Assembly: GCA_003153435.1 (NCBI GenBank)
Contig: PLYR01000050.1
Span: 29-64,028, forward strand
Origin: Bacteroidota bacterium
Lineage (GTDB): Bacteria; Bacteroidota; Bacteroidia; Palsa-965
Length of the DNA: 64,000 nt
Direction of reading: 5' to 3'
Shown here: one piece after another, positions 40,351 to 50,400 of the stretch
How the letters are laid out: the number at the start of each line of letters is the position of its first letter
How positions within the stretch are numbered: position 1 is the stretch's first letter
Made by a program: the position numbers and the translations under genes
The notes under the pieces: model-generated
What the model saw: the letters and a program-made list of their open reading frames with translations, nothing else
Database searches by the model: none
Told to the model about the DNA's origin: nothing

Positions 40351-40464
40351 GGTGTAGCCCCTGCAAGCGGTCGCAGGCTGTCTCTTTCTCCAATACCTCA
40401 TCGCAACAAACCGCGCCGGTAACTACGACTGGGACTTTTTCCCTATCTTGCCACAGATTCAAAA

Positions 40465-41646
40465 ATGAAACTTCTATTCATAACATCCCGTGTTCCATAT
40501 CCCCTTGATAAAGGTGATAAAGTCCGCTCATATCATCAGATTGCAGAGCTTTCCAAGTACCATGAGATCTGCCTTTTTTCCCTGAATGATCAGCCACTTC
40601 ATCCCGAAGCACTGGAAACTCTTAACAAGATTTGTTCCCGGGTAGTCATCATAAATCTGAACAAGGCGGAACTCTTTTTTAACTTGCTGAGGACCTTCAT
40701 TGGCAATAAGCCTATGCAAGTGGGCTATTTTTACAATAGCCGTACCCTTGAAGCTTTCCGGAAGGTCATGCTGGAGTTTAATCCTGATTCTATTTATTGC
40801 CAGCTCATCCGAACAGCCGAATATGCAAGGGGAGTCAGGATCAGCAAGACGCTTGATTATATGGATGTATTTTCAAAAGGTATAGAACGCCGAATCCCTC
40901 GGGTCTTTTTTTTTCAGCGCCCATTCTTCCGGATGGAATTCAGGCGGCTATTACACTATGAAAAGGAAATATTTTCTGAATTCGATAACCTGACCATCAT
41001 TTCCCGCCAGGATCGTGACCTTATCCCTCATCCCTCCCGGGCTGCTATCCATATTATTCCTAACGGGGTGGACTTGGAATTCTTTCATCCAGAAGAGAGC
41101 ATGAGGCAGGTACAAGAGAAGGAATTCGGAATTCTGTTCAATGGCAATATGAGCTATCCCCAGAATATAGAAAGTGCTGTATATCTGGTAGAGGAAATTA
41201 TGCCTGTAGTATGGAAGAAATATCCCCGAATGAAAGTGTTGATCTCCGGTACAACCCCTTCCGAGCGTGTGAAGGAGCTTGGATCCGACAGGGTGGTTGT
41301 GAGTGGTTGGGTCAAAGACATCCGGACGAGCTTTTCAAAAAGCAGTATTCTTGTAGCACCTATGCAAACCAGTATCGGTTTACAGAACAAACTGATGGAA
41401 GCGATGGCTATGAAATTGCCTTGTGTAACATCATCTCTTGCCAATAATGCTCTTGCTGCAAAAGATGGAGAGGAAGTAATGGTAGCAGATACCCCCCAAG
41501 CCTATGCCGATTCGATCTCACGCTTGTTCGAAGACAAACAGTTTGCTCAAACCCTGGCCCTTAAAGGTTATGAGTTTGTCCGAAAAAATTATGACTGGGT
41601 CAGGGCGGGGAAGATGCTGAATACGGTTGTCACCAATAAAAAATAA
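40465..41646 (+). CDS. glycosyltransferase family 4
   Basis: GT4 N-terminus (SRVPYPLDKGDKVRSYHQI) and a C-terminal sugar-nucleotide binding region (QNKLMEAMAMKLPCV). Confidence 0.8.
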   Translation: MKLLFITSRVPYPLDKGDKVRSYHQIAELSKYHEICLFSLNDQPLHPEALETLNKICSRVVIINLNKAELFFNLLRTFIGNKPMQVGYFYNSRTLEAFRKVMLEFNPDSIYCQLIRTAEYARGVRISKTLDYMDVFSKGIERRIPRVFFFQRPFFRMEFRRLLHYEKEIFSEFDNLTIISRQDRDLIPHPSRAAIHIIPNGVDLEFFHPEESMRQVQEKEFGILFNGNMSYPQNIESAVYLVEEIMPVVWKKYPRMKVLISGTTPSERVKELGSDRVVVSGWVKDIRTSFSKSSILVAPMQTSIGLQNKLMEAMAMKLPCVTSSLANNALAAKDGEEVMVADTPQAYADSISRLFEDKQFAQTLALKGYEFVRKNYDWVRAGKMLNTVVTNKK

Positions 41647-41649
41647 ATC

Positions 41650-42159
41650 ATGGAAGCCACAAGGAGCCTTGTTTTAAACAGCCAGCAGATAGACCAGAAG
41701 ATCATTCGTATGGCCTGGGAAATGTATGAAAATAATTTCTCTGAAACAGAAATTGTTATTGTAGGAATCAGGGAGAATGGCTTTATCCTGGCTCAGCGTA
41801 TCGGAAAAGTGCTTTCAGAGATTTCTTCGATTAAACTGAAAATGCTGGATCTTTCCATAGATAAAAAGAACCCAGTGGAACAGCAGGTTATTCTTAATTT
41901 TCCAATAGATGATCTGAAGGGGAAAGTGATTATAGTTATGGATGATGTGCTGAATTCTGGTAAGACACTCTTATACGGGATAAAACCCTTTTTGAACATC
42001 CCGGTTAAACGTTTGCAGACGGCAGTGCTGGTCGATCGGAGGCATAACCGCTACCCCGTAAAATCTGATTATACAGGTTTATCACTTGCTACTACGCTTC
42101 GTGAGCATATTTCTGTGGAGCTCGACAAGCCCGGGCAAGAGGCTGTTTACCTGGTCTAG
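41650..42159 (+). CDS. phosphoribosyltransferase-domain protein
   Basis: PRPP-binding motif VIIVMDDVLNSGKTL. Confidence 0.55.
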   Translation: MEATRSLVLNSQQIDQKIIRMAWEMYENNFSETEIVIVGIRENGFILAQRIGKVLSEISSIKLKMLDLSIDKKNPVEQQVILNFPIDDLKGKVIIVMDDVLNSGKTLLYGIKPFLNIPVKRLQTAVLVDRRHNRYPVKSDYTGLSLATTLREHISVELDKPGQEAVYLV

Positions 42160-42680
42160 ATAAGTTCCGGTTTAGCTATTTTTTTTTTGATGAATTCGGC
42201 AAGTTCACGAATATCAAGATCTTTGGCTTTGACCTTGTATTGGGCCTCGCTGTAAAAGGGTTCCCGGTTTTCAAGGTGTGAAACAATAAAGCCATAGAGA
42301 TCCTCTGCTGATTTTCCAGCGAGAATAGGTCTTTCGGATTTAGCGTTGCGAAGCCTGTTAACGAGGGTATTAGCGCTCATTTTCAGATAGATGGTTAGCC
42401 CGTTCTCATTCATGAGCTGCATATTATTGTAGTTGCATGGGGTTCCTCCTCCGGTTGAGATGACCAAATTATCACGGTTCATGAGGCTTATAAGCATATG
42501 ATGTTCCATCTCCCGGAAACGGTCTTCCCCGTCTTCCCGGAATATGTCGTGTACCGACTTGCCTACTGCTTTTTCGATCAATTCATCATGATCTACAAAC
42601 TCATATCCAAGCAAAGTCGCCAGTTTTTTGCCGGAAGTGCTTTTTCCGCTACCCATGTAACCGATCAGGAATATTTTCAT
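42156..42680 (-). CDS. aroK: shikimate kinase
   Basis: Walker A GYMGSGKST and shikimate-binding GGG (STGGGTPC); 174 aa. Confidence 0.9.
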   Translation of the reverse strand: MKIFLIGYMGSGKSTSGKKLATLLGYEFVDHDELIEKAVGKSVHDIFREDGEDRFREMEHHMLISLMNRDNLVISTGGGTPCNYNNMQLMNENGLTIYLKMSANTLVNRLRNAKSERPILAGKSAEDLYGFIVSHLENREPFYSEAQYKVKAKDLDIRELAEFIKKKIAKPELI

Positions 42681-42725
42681 TTGATTTCGTGTTTAACAAA
42701 GTTAAACCAAGGCTTTTAATCAAAG

Positions 42726-43187
42726 CTAATTGGGTAAGATTAGAATTTTTTCCTCTTCCAGAGTAATGCCATAATTGATTGAAATCATCCTGCCCTTTTC
42801 GAAGTAAAAATCCATAAGAGCATCGTCAAAACTTATACGTCGTTCGCCCCAGTCATGGTCCTCCATATCTATCTCTTTATAGCCTTGGAGAATAAAAAGG
42901 GCTTTTAGCTCGGGTTCAGAAAAGCTAAAGATCTTCTTTCCCCATAAGAGGGTTTCCGGATGGTCTATCTCTACACAGGTAAACTTGATACCTTGTTTGA
43001 CATCAAAGAAAAGGGAGAATCCTTTTTCCCAGAAATGCCAGATGAGTGACCTCTCTTCCGGAGTATCTCCCAGGGTTTCCGTTTCTTCCGGTTTGCCAAA
43101 ACAGCTCTCCGCATCCCTGGTTCCGGTTCCAAATAGGAGTGAATTAAGGCCTTTTTGAGGTTTAATGTCTAGAATCAGGGGTGGCAT
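42726..43187 (-). CDS. hypothetical protein
   Basis: 153-aa ORF; no motifs recognised. Confidence 0.35.
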   Translation of the reverse strand: MPPLILDIKPQKGLNSLLFGTGTRDAESCFGKPEETETLGDTPEERSLIWHFWEKGFSLFFDVKQGIKFTCVEIDHPETLLWGKKIFSFSEPELKALFILQGYKEIDMEDHDWGERRISFDDALMDFYFEKGRMISINYGITLEEEKILILPN

Positions 43188-43307
43188 GAGGTTGTGTTAC
43201 GTTCTTCTCAAAGATAAAAAAATTAACGGTAAAGTGTGCAATAACAACTAGTTGAGAAATATTGAGAAATAAAATTTATCCACTTTGAATAATCAGAATA
43301 AGTCTAT

Positions 43308-43315
43308 TATATTTG
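43308..43315 (+). promoter_or_regulatory. -7 promoter box (TATATTTG) upstream of tRNA-Lys
   Basis: Matches the TAnnTTTG consensus 35 nt upstream of the mature tRNA 5' end. Confidence 0.35.
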
Positions 43316-43349
43316 CAGCCGATTTAACAAATCATTTACTTTAAAATAG

Positions 43350-43425
43350 GATTCCGTAGCTCAGTTGGTAGAGCACAACACTTTTAATGTTGGGGTCCTG
43401 GGTTCGAGCCCCAGCGGGATCACCA
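43350..43425 (+). tRNA. tRNA-Lys (anticodon UUU), CCA encoded
   Basis: Cloverleaf folded by hand. Acceptor GATTCCG/CGGGATC, D-arm GCTC-AGTTGGTA-GAGC, anticodon stem CAACA/TGTTG with loop CTTTTAA, T-arm CTGGG-TTCGAGC-CCCAG, discriminator A, then CCA. Confidence 0.9.
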
Positions 43426-43434
43426 TGAAGCAGG

Positions 43435-43468
43435 AAAATCCGGAGCAGTAATGCTCCGGATTTTTCGC
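43435..43468 (+). terminator. rho-independent terminator after tRNA-Lys
   Basis: aaaatccggagc-agtaat-gctccggatttt hairpin with a T-run, nested in a longer tgaagc...gcttca inverted repeat. Confidence 0.55.
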
Positions 43469-43600
43469 TTCATGGCCCTGAAGCGATCGACTGAGGGGGA
43501 TCTGCTTCAGGGCAGAAAATCAGAGCGAGTGAGGAGTCCGAAAGCGACCTCACTTGTTTGCATTTGGGGCGAGAAGTTTATCCTGAGCGAAGTCGAAGGA

Positions 43601-43617
43601 AGCCCCAGCGGGATCAC
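43601..43617 (+). repeat. 17-bp direct repeat of the tRNA-Lys 3' end (copy of 43407..43423)
   Basis: agccccagcgggatcac is identical to the tRNA T-stem/acceptor 3' half and lies 194 bp downstream. It is embedded in REP-like sequence (tcctgagcgaagtcgaagga; gtcattccgactgcgcaaggaatgagc at 43729..43755). Confidence 0.6.
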
Positions 43618-43949
43618 AGAAGACTAGAATACAGAGCGGAGAAAGAGTGTTAATGTGCCCTTACTCTTTCTTCGCTTTGTTTTTTGTATACTCCTTTAAG
43701 ACTTCTCATTCTCTCTTTATCGAAACTGTCATTCCGACTGCGCAAGGAATGAGCGAAGAGGAGGAATCTCAGTTGGTTGGAATTCTGTCCTCTACGCCTC
43801 ATTTATTCTTGTTTTCCGTCATCCTGAACCCGATTCCAAACTGGTTGATGATTTCTATGCTCCGATCTTCCTGCAAGTACTTACGTAACCTGGAAACAAA
43901 TACATCCAAACTTCTTCCCAAAAAATAATCATCATCGCCCACACCGGTT

Positions 43950-45371
43950 TTAAATAAATTTATCCAACCGATAAATTCTGAAATCAGCATTATCAAAAAT
44001 CTGCTTGTAAGGGAGAATAACATCTCGTCCGAACGCACGCTTCAGTATTATGATGAACTTCAATCCTTTGCTTTTCAGCTTCGCAATATGACAACCATTC
44101 GATAATTGTTCATTATTCTCCACCCAGCCTTTTCGGTGTGAAAAATACATGGGGGTCGGGACTGCTCCGCTGTTAATCGCCACTAGATCATTTCTGCTGC
44201 CAAGCCGATCCATCACTTCTTCAAGCTGGATGATTGCCTTGTTTTCCTCTTTAATATAAAAATCAATGTTTTTGCGTGCAATGGATTCAATGGTGAACAA
44301 ACACAGCGTCAAGACAATCACTTTCTTATTTTGTATTTGCTCCATGCCATAAGCTGCTATTAAAGCCATTACAGGGGCGAAGGGGATGATGTAGTAGTCA
44401 TGAGCATAAAAGGTGAGGCCCGACTTCAGAACAATTGCTAGAAAACCTATTGTGGCTAGAGTGAATAGGTAAATAAGTTTTTTTTGATTTTTATATATTA
44501 TGAAAACCAATCCAAGAATGAAAATCAAAAAACCAGAATAGCCCAACGCTTCCAGATAAAATTTTTCAAGAGTGTCGTTGAGGTTACCCATAATTTCAGT
44601 AAGACCAACGGACATGTTTTTACCCATGAAGAAGTGGCTGAACTCATATTGTTTAGTTAAGTAAGGAACCCAGTAAAAATAAAAGACGGAGATTACAGTT
44701 CCGATGCAGGCAGTAACAACTGAAAAGTACACTTTTGCCCGGAAGGTGATTTCTTTATTAAATAAGAAAAAAGCATACAAAATGAGGATGTATCCAGAAG
44801 GAAGTTTAGATAAGACACCGAGGAGGGTGAAGAGTGCATAAAGCAGCAGATTCCTAACACTTTGTACCTTGTCAAGATAGTTGCTCCCATAATAAAAACC
44901 AATTGTAATCAGCGACATGGAGAACGTATCAGGCATTATTTTCCTTGAAAACGTAAACCAAACCGAAAGGAGAAGGAAAATGGTAGCCATGAACGCAATT
45001 CTCCCTTGAAAGTATTTTCGGATGAGAAGATAAAAGTAATACAGTCCCAAACTGGAAATAAGCAGATTAATTAATCGTCCGTACCAGTGGCCATATCCAA
45101 AGACAAGGGAACATAAATAAATGAGGTAATTGAGAAAAGGAAACTCCATGCCTGTAATCCCGGTTTTTTCTCCTGCAAAGTCAATTCTGGGATAAAATAT
45201 ATTATTATCCTTTTCAAGGAAATTACGGGCCACCATGGTAACAGTGGTTTGTCTCCAGTTGTGTGAAGTTTCCAAGGGGGGATTGGTAATTCCGTAGAGC
45301 CTTAATAGGAAGAAGAAAATTATCCAAACCCGGATATCGCCGGTAAATCTTTTTAGTATTGAGTCCTCCAT
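43950..45371 (-). CDS. ArnT/PMT-like membrane glycosyltransferase (GT39/GT83 family)
   Basis: 473 aa with about 11 TM helices and an N-terminal loop motif typical of dolichyl/undecaprenyl-phosphate sugar transferases (RLYGITNPPLETSHNWRQT). Confidence 0.7.
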   Translation of the reverse strand: MEDSILKRFTGDIRVWIIFFFLLRLYGITNPPLETSHNWRQTTVTMVARNFLEKDNNIFYPRIDFAGEKTGITGMEFPFLNYLIYLCSLVFGYGHWYGRLINLLISSLGLYYFYLLIRKYFQGRIAFMATIFLLLSVWFTFSRKIMPDTFSMSLITIGFYYGSNYLDKVQSVRNLLLYALFTLLGVLSKLPSGYILILYAFFLFNKEITFRAKVYFSVVTACIGTVISVFYFYWVPYLTKQYEFSHFFMGKNMSVGLTEIMGNLNDTLEKFYLEALGYSGFLIFILGLVFIIYKNQKKLIYLFTLATIGFLAIVLKSGLTFYAHDYYIIPFAPVMALIAAYGMEQIQNKKVIVLTLCLFTIESIARKNIDFYIKEENKAIIQLEEVMDRLGSRNDLVAINSGAVPTPMYFSHRKGWVENNEQLSNGCHIAKLKSKGLKFIIILKRAFGRDVILPYKQIFDNADFRIYRLDKFI

Positions 45372-45436
45372 ATCTTAACAGCATTCAATCTATCGATCTG
45401 CACATTCATCATCTGTTTATCTTTCCAAAGAATAAA

Positions 45437-45766
45437 TCAGCTTTTGTGACTAAAAAGATCTTTGGAGGAACCAACCAAACTTAGAAGCTCCTGCTTCGGA
45501 GGGCTCTCCAATCCATTCATCTTCAGTTGCTCCTGGAAAAATTTAAAAGAGGGTAATTCAAGCAGGTGTTTTTCATCTTCGGCGGAATGGAAGAAGGCTG
45601 TATGGGTAAAGGATATCCCATCGGCACTAAGGCAGACATGGTAAAGAATACCTGAATGATTTAGTCCCTCAAGATCGGACATTACTTTTCTGATATTCAC
45701 CTTATTTTGTTCAGCATATTCCTTTTTGGTAATATAAGTAACCCTGACTGTTTTCATACAACTCAT
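45437..45766 (-). CDS. hypothetical protein (ABM-like small alpha+beta protein?)
   Basis: 109-aa ORF; weak resemblance to antibiotic-biosynthesis-monooxygenase-like folds only. Confidence 0.3.
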   Translation of the reverse strand: MSCMKTVRVTYITKKEYAEQNKVNIRKVMSDLEGLNHSGILYHVCLSADGISFTHTAFFHSAEDEKHLLELPSFKFFQEQLKMNGLESPPKQELLSLVGSSKDLFSHKS

Positions 45767-45819
45767 TTTAATGATTTAATTCAGCTCTAATTTAGGATTA
45801 TAATTTAGATTTGATCCAC

Positions 45820-47013
45820 TCAATGCGCATAATCAATCAGGCCCATAGCCTTCAATACCTTTCTTCCATTCTTTTTAATATTGAAACGGTATCCCACAAA
45901 GAAGACGATTTTTCCAATGTAATTCTCGGTATTGAACAGCCCTGGGTTGAATGCATAATTGTTGTCGTATGTAGCCATAAGTCCACTGAAAAACCGGAGG
46001 TTATCATATCGTATAGCCATCTTCCCGTTTATATTCAATGACCCGTTTAATGGCATTAAGTGAGATTCACCTTCCTTGCGGGTATAGTTGATTAGCTGTC
46101 CCCCGAATCCTACATTCAACGCAGCGCTCAAAATCAATTTTTTATATACATAGGTATAACCATATCCGCCACTGACTCCAAAAGTATTGACGAAGATTTT
46201 AGTTACTTCTGAAAACAAAGTAGAGAACTCATGAACAAACGGATACCTGATTAGGGTGGAGTCGGAAGAAAAAAAGCTTACACTGGAATGATAAAAGCCA
46301 GCCATAAAAGAACCGGCACTCTTTCGTTGGACATCTGTAAAAGAAAAGGCCCCTCTGAGAGAATATTTTTTGTAGTTAAAGATGAAAAGCGTGTTGACTC
46401 CAAATGAGAGCACTCCCACATCCGGACGAAGAATAATGCTTCCAGGAGTTTGAAGACTGAAATCGTCTTCGCTGGCTTGATGTTCATAGAATCCTTTGTA
46501 TTGCTGAAAGTTGACATCAGTGATTACCCTGCGACCGATGAGGGTGAGCTGATAATCGTGGCTGGCGGTGCTTCCTCTGCCGGGCCTGGCACCAAAAGCA
46601 AGACCCGGAGCAAAACCAAAGGTGAGGATGACCGTGCTGAAGTTGAAGCCTACCTGATAAGGATTGTTGGGAAGGAATTTCAGTCTTTCATGTTTCTGCA
46701 AATCATTTAGATTGAAACCATAATATTTCTGGCTTACAGGAAGGGTGAGGGTAAGATTCCGTTTGGTATTCAGGATAAAACTGGTATCAAAATCTGTTGG
46801 GTGAGATGACAGCAATTGTTTTACATACCACCTGTGGGGATACATCATCTTATCCCAAAAGGTTGAGTCAGGAATATCAACGTCCTGAAATTTGTGAATG
46901 AGTGTATCTGCGGCTGTTTTTATTGTGCTGTCAAGCTGAGCGTGACTTTGCTTAGATACTCCTGAAAGAATGAGCAAAGCAATCAGATATTTCAGGGTCC
47001 AGGGTCGTTTCAC
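45820..47013 (-). CDS. hypothetical outer-membrane beta-barrel protein
   Basis: Signal peptide, alternating amphipathic beta-strand pattern and a C-terminal aromatic residue (…IDYAH). Family unknown. Confidence 0.5.
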   Translation of the reverse strand: MKRPWTLKYLIALLILSGVSKQSHAQLDSTIKTAADTLIHKFQDVDIPDSTFWDKMMYPHRWYVKQLLSSHPTDFDTSFILNTKRNLTLTLPVSQKYYGFNLNDLQKHERLKFLPNNPYQVGFNFSTVILTFGFAPGLAFGARPGRGSTASHDYQLTLIGRRVITDVNFQQYKGFYEHQASEDDFSLQTPGSIILRPDVGVLSFGVNTLFIFNYKKYSLRGAFSFTDVQRKSAGSFMAGFYHSSVSFFSSDSTLIRYPFVHEFSTLFSEVTKIFVNTFGVSGGYGYTYVYKKLILSAALNVGFGGQLINYTRKEGESHLMPLNGSLNINGKMAIRYDNLRFFSGLMATYDNNYAFNPGLFNTENYIGKIVFFVGYRFNIKKNGRKVLKAMGLIDYAH

Positions 47014-47257
47014 GTCTTTCTCCAGCTCTAAGCTTTTGGAGTGAGGAAAGTTACCTACTTATAGCCGGTTGGGTGTTGTACTTCAATACGGAAAGGTTAC
47101 ATAAGTTAATGAAAGTGTAAGCTACTGAAGAAGAAACCCCTGCTTAAGGAATAAATAAACAGTATAATGTTTCTGAAGAATCAAAAAGTTCCAGTCTCAT
47201 TCATCCACTGGAATTGACTTAAATTAATTCTCTACCGCTCAATAAGAGGTCTTTCTT

Positions 47258-47341
47258 AACAAGAATTTACTCTCTTTTGAACTATGTCTTCGCTTTCTTA
47301 GCAAGAAACTACTCTCTTTTAGCAAGATAGAGTTCTCTTTT
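47258..47341. repeat. three 21-bp direct repeats (AGCAAGAAACTACTCTCTTTT-like) with 21-bp phasing
   Basis: The copies are aacaagaatttactctctttt (47258), agcaagaaactactctctttt (47300) and agcaagatagagttctctttt (47321). The last two are tandem, and the first lies exactly two periods upstream. They sit 245-330 bp upstream of the 45820..47013 gene start. Confidence 0.5.
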
Positions 47342-47364
47342 GCTGTTTTTGAGGGGATTTCCTG

Positions 47365-47403
47365 AAAACAGAAATGAAGGCATTTCGCCTTCATTTCTGT
47401 TTT
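47365..47403 (-). terminator. rho-independent terminator of the SprB-repeat adhesin gene
   Basis: aaaacagaaatgaaggc-atttc-gccttcatttctgtttt is a perfect ~16-bp stem, 20 nt after the stop at 47422, with T-runs on both sides. Confidence 0.65.
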
Positions 47404-47421
47404 GAAATATTAATAGATCCT

Positions 47422-50400
47422 CTATCTCACCCTCACCACCCGTTGAGTGAACGAGGTTCTGCCCATTGTTACCTTCATCATATAAACTCCTTCTCCCATA
47501 TCATGATCAGAGGTGTTCAGCTGATAACTGTATGTTCCGGCTTCCTGGCGTGGGAGAAGGCTCGAAGAAACCTCTTCTCCGAGCATATTATAAACCTGGA
47601 TCAGGATTTCTGAGGGTTCAGAAAGTGAATAAGTGACTTTTACCTGATCCCGGAAAGGATTCGGAGAAACATGAATACTGTTGCTATAAACCGCTGGAGC
47701 TGGGATCATGCCGGTAATAACAGAGCTGTCGGGGCGAATATGCATGGAATCAACCTTGTAATCGAGGTTTGGATAGCTCTGATTCGTGGTGATAGTACGC
47801 ACATACTCAGAAGTCATACCAAGACCAGGGATATCTACAAAAACCTCGAAAGTGCCGTGAGGGAGGTTAGAGAATGTATAGGTTCCATCACCTGCGGTAG
47901 TATGTTGTGCAATAATTCCTCCGGGGTGTTGTTCAAGATTTACATCCAATCCCGGAACCGGATCACCGGGTGCAAGAACAATAGGAGAAACGGTTCCTGC
48001 AGCATAACGGGCTACAAAGCCTTGTGACTGATATACTGCCCCCGACATAGTTCCGCTTCCGGAAGTTGGAGTCAGGTCGATTAGCTTGATGTTAGCTGTA
48101 TCGGCAGTGGCACAACCTGCATTCAGTACAGTGGCATTAACCCACTGGTCTGTGTTGGCATAATAAGTTTTGATTGCTCCAGGATACGTTGCATGGTCTG
48201 CAATAGCATAAACCAGGAAGTTGCCTCCAGTGGAACTGTTGAAGTGATAACGTCCGGCAGAGATGGCTGCACTATCAACCACCAATTGACGGTGAAGAAC
48301 CGTGTCATAAGAAACGAGGTAGGTCCAGCCAGCGCTTACATTGCCCGAAACAGAATCGATGACTGTTCCTGTGATAGCCGGTGAAGGAAAGCTGCCAACG
48401 GTGTAGTTTCCAGAAGTAGAACATCCATTCGCATCATTAATGGCGCAGGTATAAGTACCGGCACATACTTGAGAAGTAAGGGCTCCCGAAGGACCAGCAG
48501 GAGTCCAGGAATAGGTGTAGGCACCGGTCCCACCGGTTACTGTTGCGGAAAGAGATCCGTCACAGGCACCGCCACAGGAGGAGGTGCTGCCACTTACATT
48601 TACAGCAATCGGAGGAGGCTCAATAACACCTGAAGTATCCCAGTTCTGGCAACCGTTTCCGTCAAATACGGTACACTGGTGAATACCTTTACACATGGAA
48701 GCTAGGGTAACCGAGGTAGCTCCGTTATCCCAGGAATAGGTATAAGCACCGGTTCCACCCGTTGCACTCACACTAATTATGCCATCGCATAAACCGTTAC
48801 AGGAAATATTATGGGATGTGGTGACCACATTCAGATTTGGAGGATCTACGATAGTGAAATTCTGTGAAGCGGTACAGCCCCCCATATCCGTAACGGTGCA
48901 GGTATAGGTACCTGAAGCCAGGTTACTGGCTGTTGAACTGGTTTGTCCATTGCTCCAGGAATAGGAATATGACATTACTCCTCCTGTAACAGAAACGGTG
49001 GCACTGGCACCAACATAGCCAAAGCAAAGATTACTAGTCTGTGAAGGTGTAATAACAATAGCGGATGGAGTATAGATCGTAGTTGTTTGAGTTAAGGTAC
49101 AGCCGTTGGCATCTACCAGGTTGCAGGTATAAGTTCCCGATACTAATCCACTAGCAGAGGGTGTGGTTCCTCCGGTCGGAGACCAGCTGAAAGTCCATGG
49201 CTTGGTGCCTCCACTTGCATTCAGCACCGCAGTACCTGTTCCACTGGCACAAACAGGATTGGTGGAAGTGATAGAACCGCTAAGTGAATCGGGTTGGGTA
49301 ATTGTTACAGCCTGTGATCCAACACAGCCATTGGAACCTGTTACAAAGACAGTAAGGTTTGCGGCGATCTGCCCTGTAATGTTTGCCGTAACCGAAGTAG
49401 CAGCGTTGTTCCAGGAGTAGGTATAAGGGGTGATTCCTCCGGTAGGAGTAGCAGTGGCGGTTCCATTGGCGCCACCATAACAGGAAACATTTGTACTGGT
49501 TGCTGTAACAATCGGGGCATTGGCATTGGTGACGTGTGCGGTATCTGTGAGTATGCATCCATTAGCATCCGTAACCGTAACAGTATAAATCCCTGCTCCG
49601 ACAGAGCCCAGGAAAGCGTTGGTTTGTCCGGTTGGGTTCCAGGAGTAGTTGTATGGGGTAGTTCCTCCATTTACGGTTGCATTGGCAGAACCATAGGCCT
49701 GACCACAAGTGGCGGATGACATGGTAGCCATTGTAATAGTGATGGGGGCTGCAGGTTGTTGTATTGCAGGGTTAACAGCAACCGTACAACCGAGACTATC
49801 GGTGATCAGGCAGGTATAAGTGCCGGCAGGAAGGTTGGGACAAGAAGCAGAAGATCCAGAGGCAGGCGCTGTCCAGGAGTAAGTGTAAGGTCCGGTTCCT
49901 CCAACAGGTGATGTCCAGGCAATACCATCAGAGCCTCCAAAGCAGCTGACATTATGTGTTGGACTTTCACCGGAATTAAAAAGTTGATTGTGATCCGATA
50001 TAGTCACATTCAGCATATTACTGCAACCTAAGGAATCCGTAGTAAAACAGGTATAATTACCAGCAGTCAAGCCGGTTGGAGTAGATGAAGTACATCCAAT
50101 CACGTTCCAGGAATAAGTATAGGAACCTGAACCACCGAACGCAGTTACCGTGGCAGATCCGTTATTTCCTCCGAAACAGTTCGGAGAAACAGTGCTGGCG
50201 CTTGTGGAGAGGGGGGTGTTTTCTGTAACCGTAACCGTAGGTGTGGTTGAGCAACCATTCATGTCCTGTACCAGACAACTATAAGTGCCGGCAGCTAGAT
50301 TGGTTAATGAATCAGTGTATCCGGTACTCTGAATCCAGGAATAGCTGTAGGGGGTAGTTCCTCCTGATGGATTAGCGATGGCAATTCCGGTGGATTGTCC

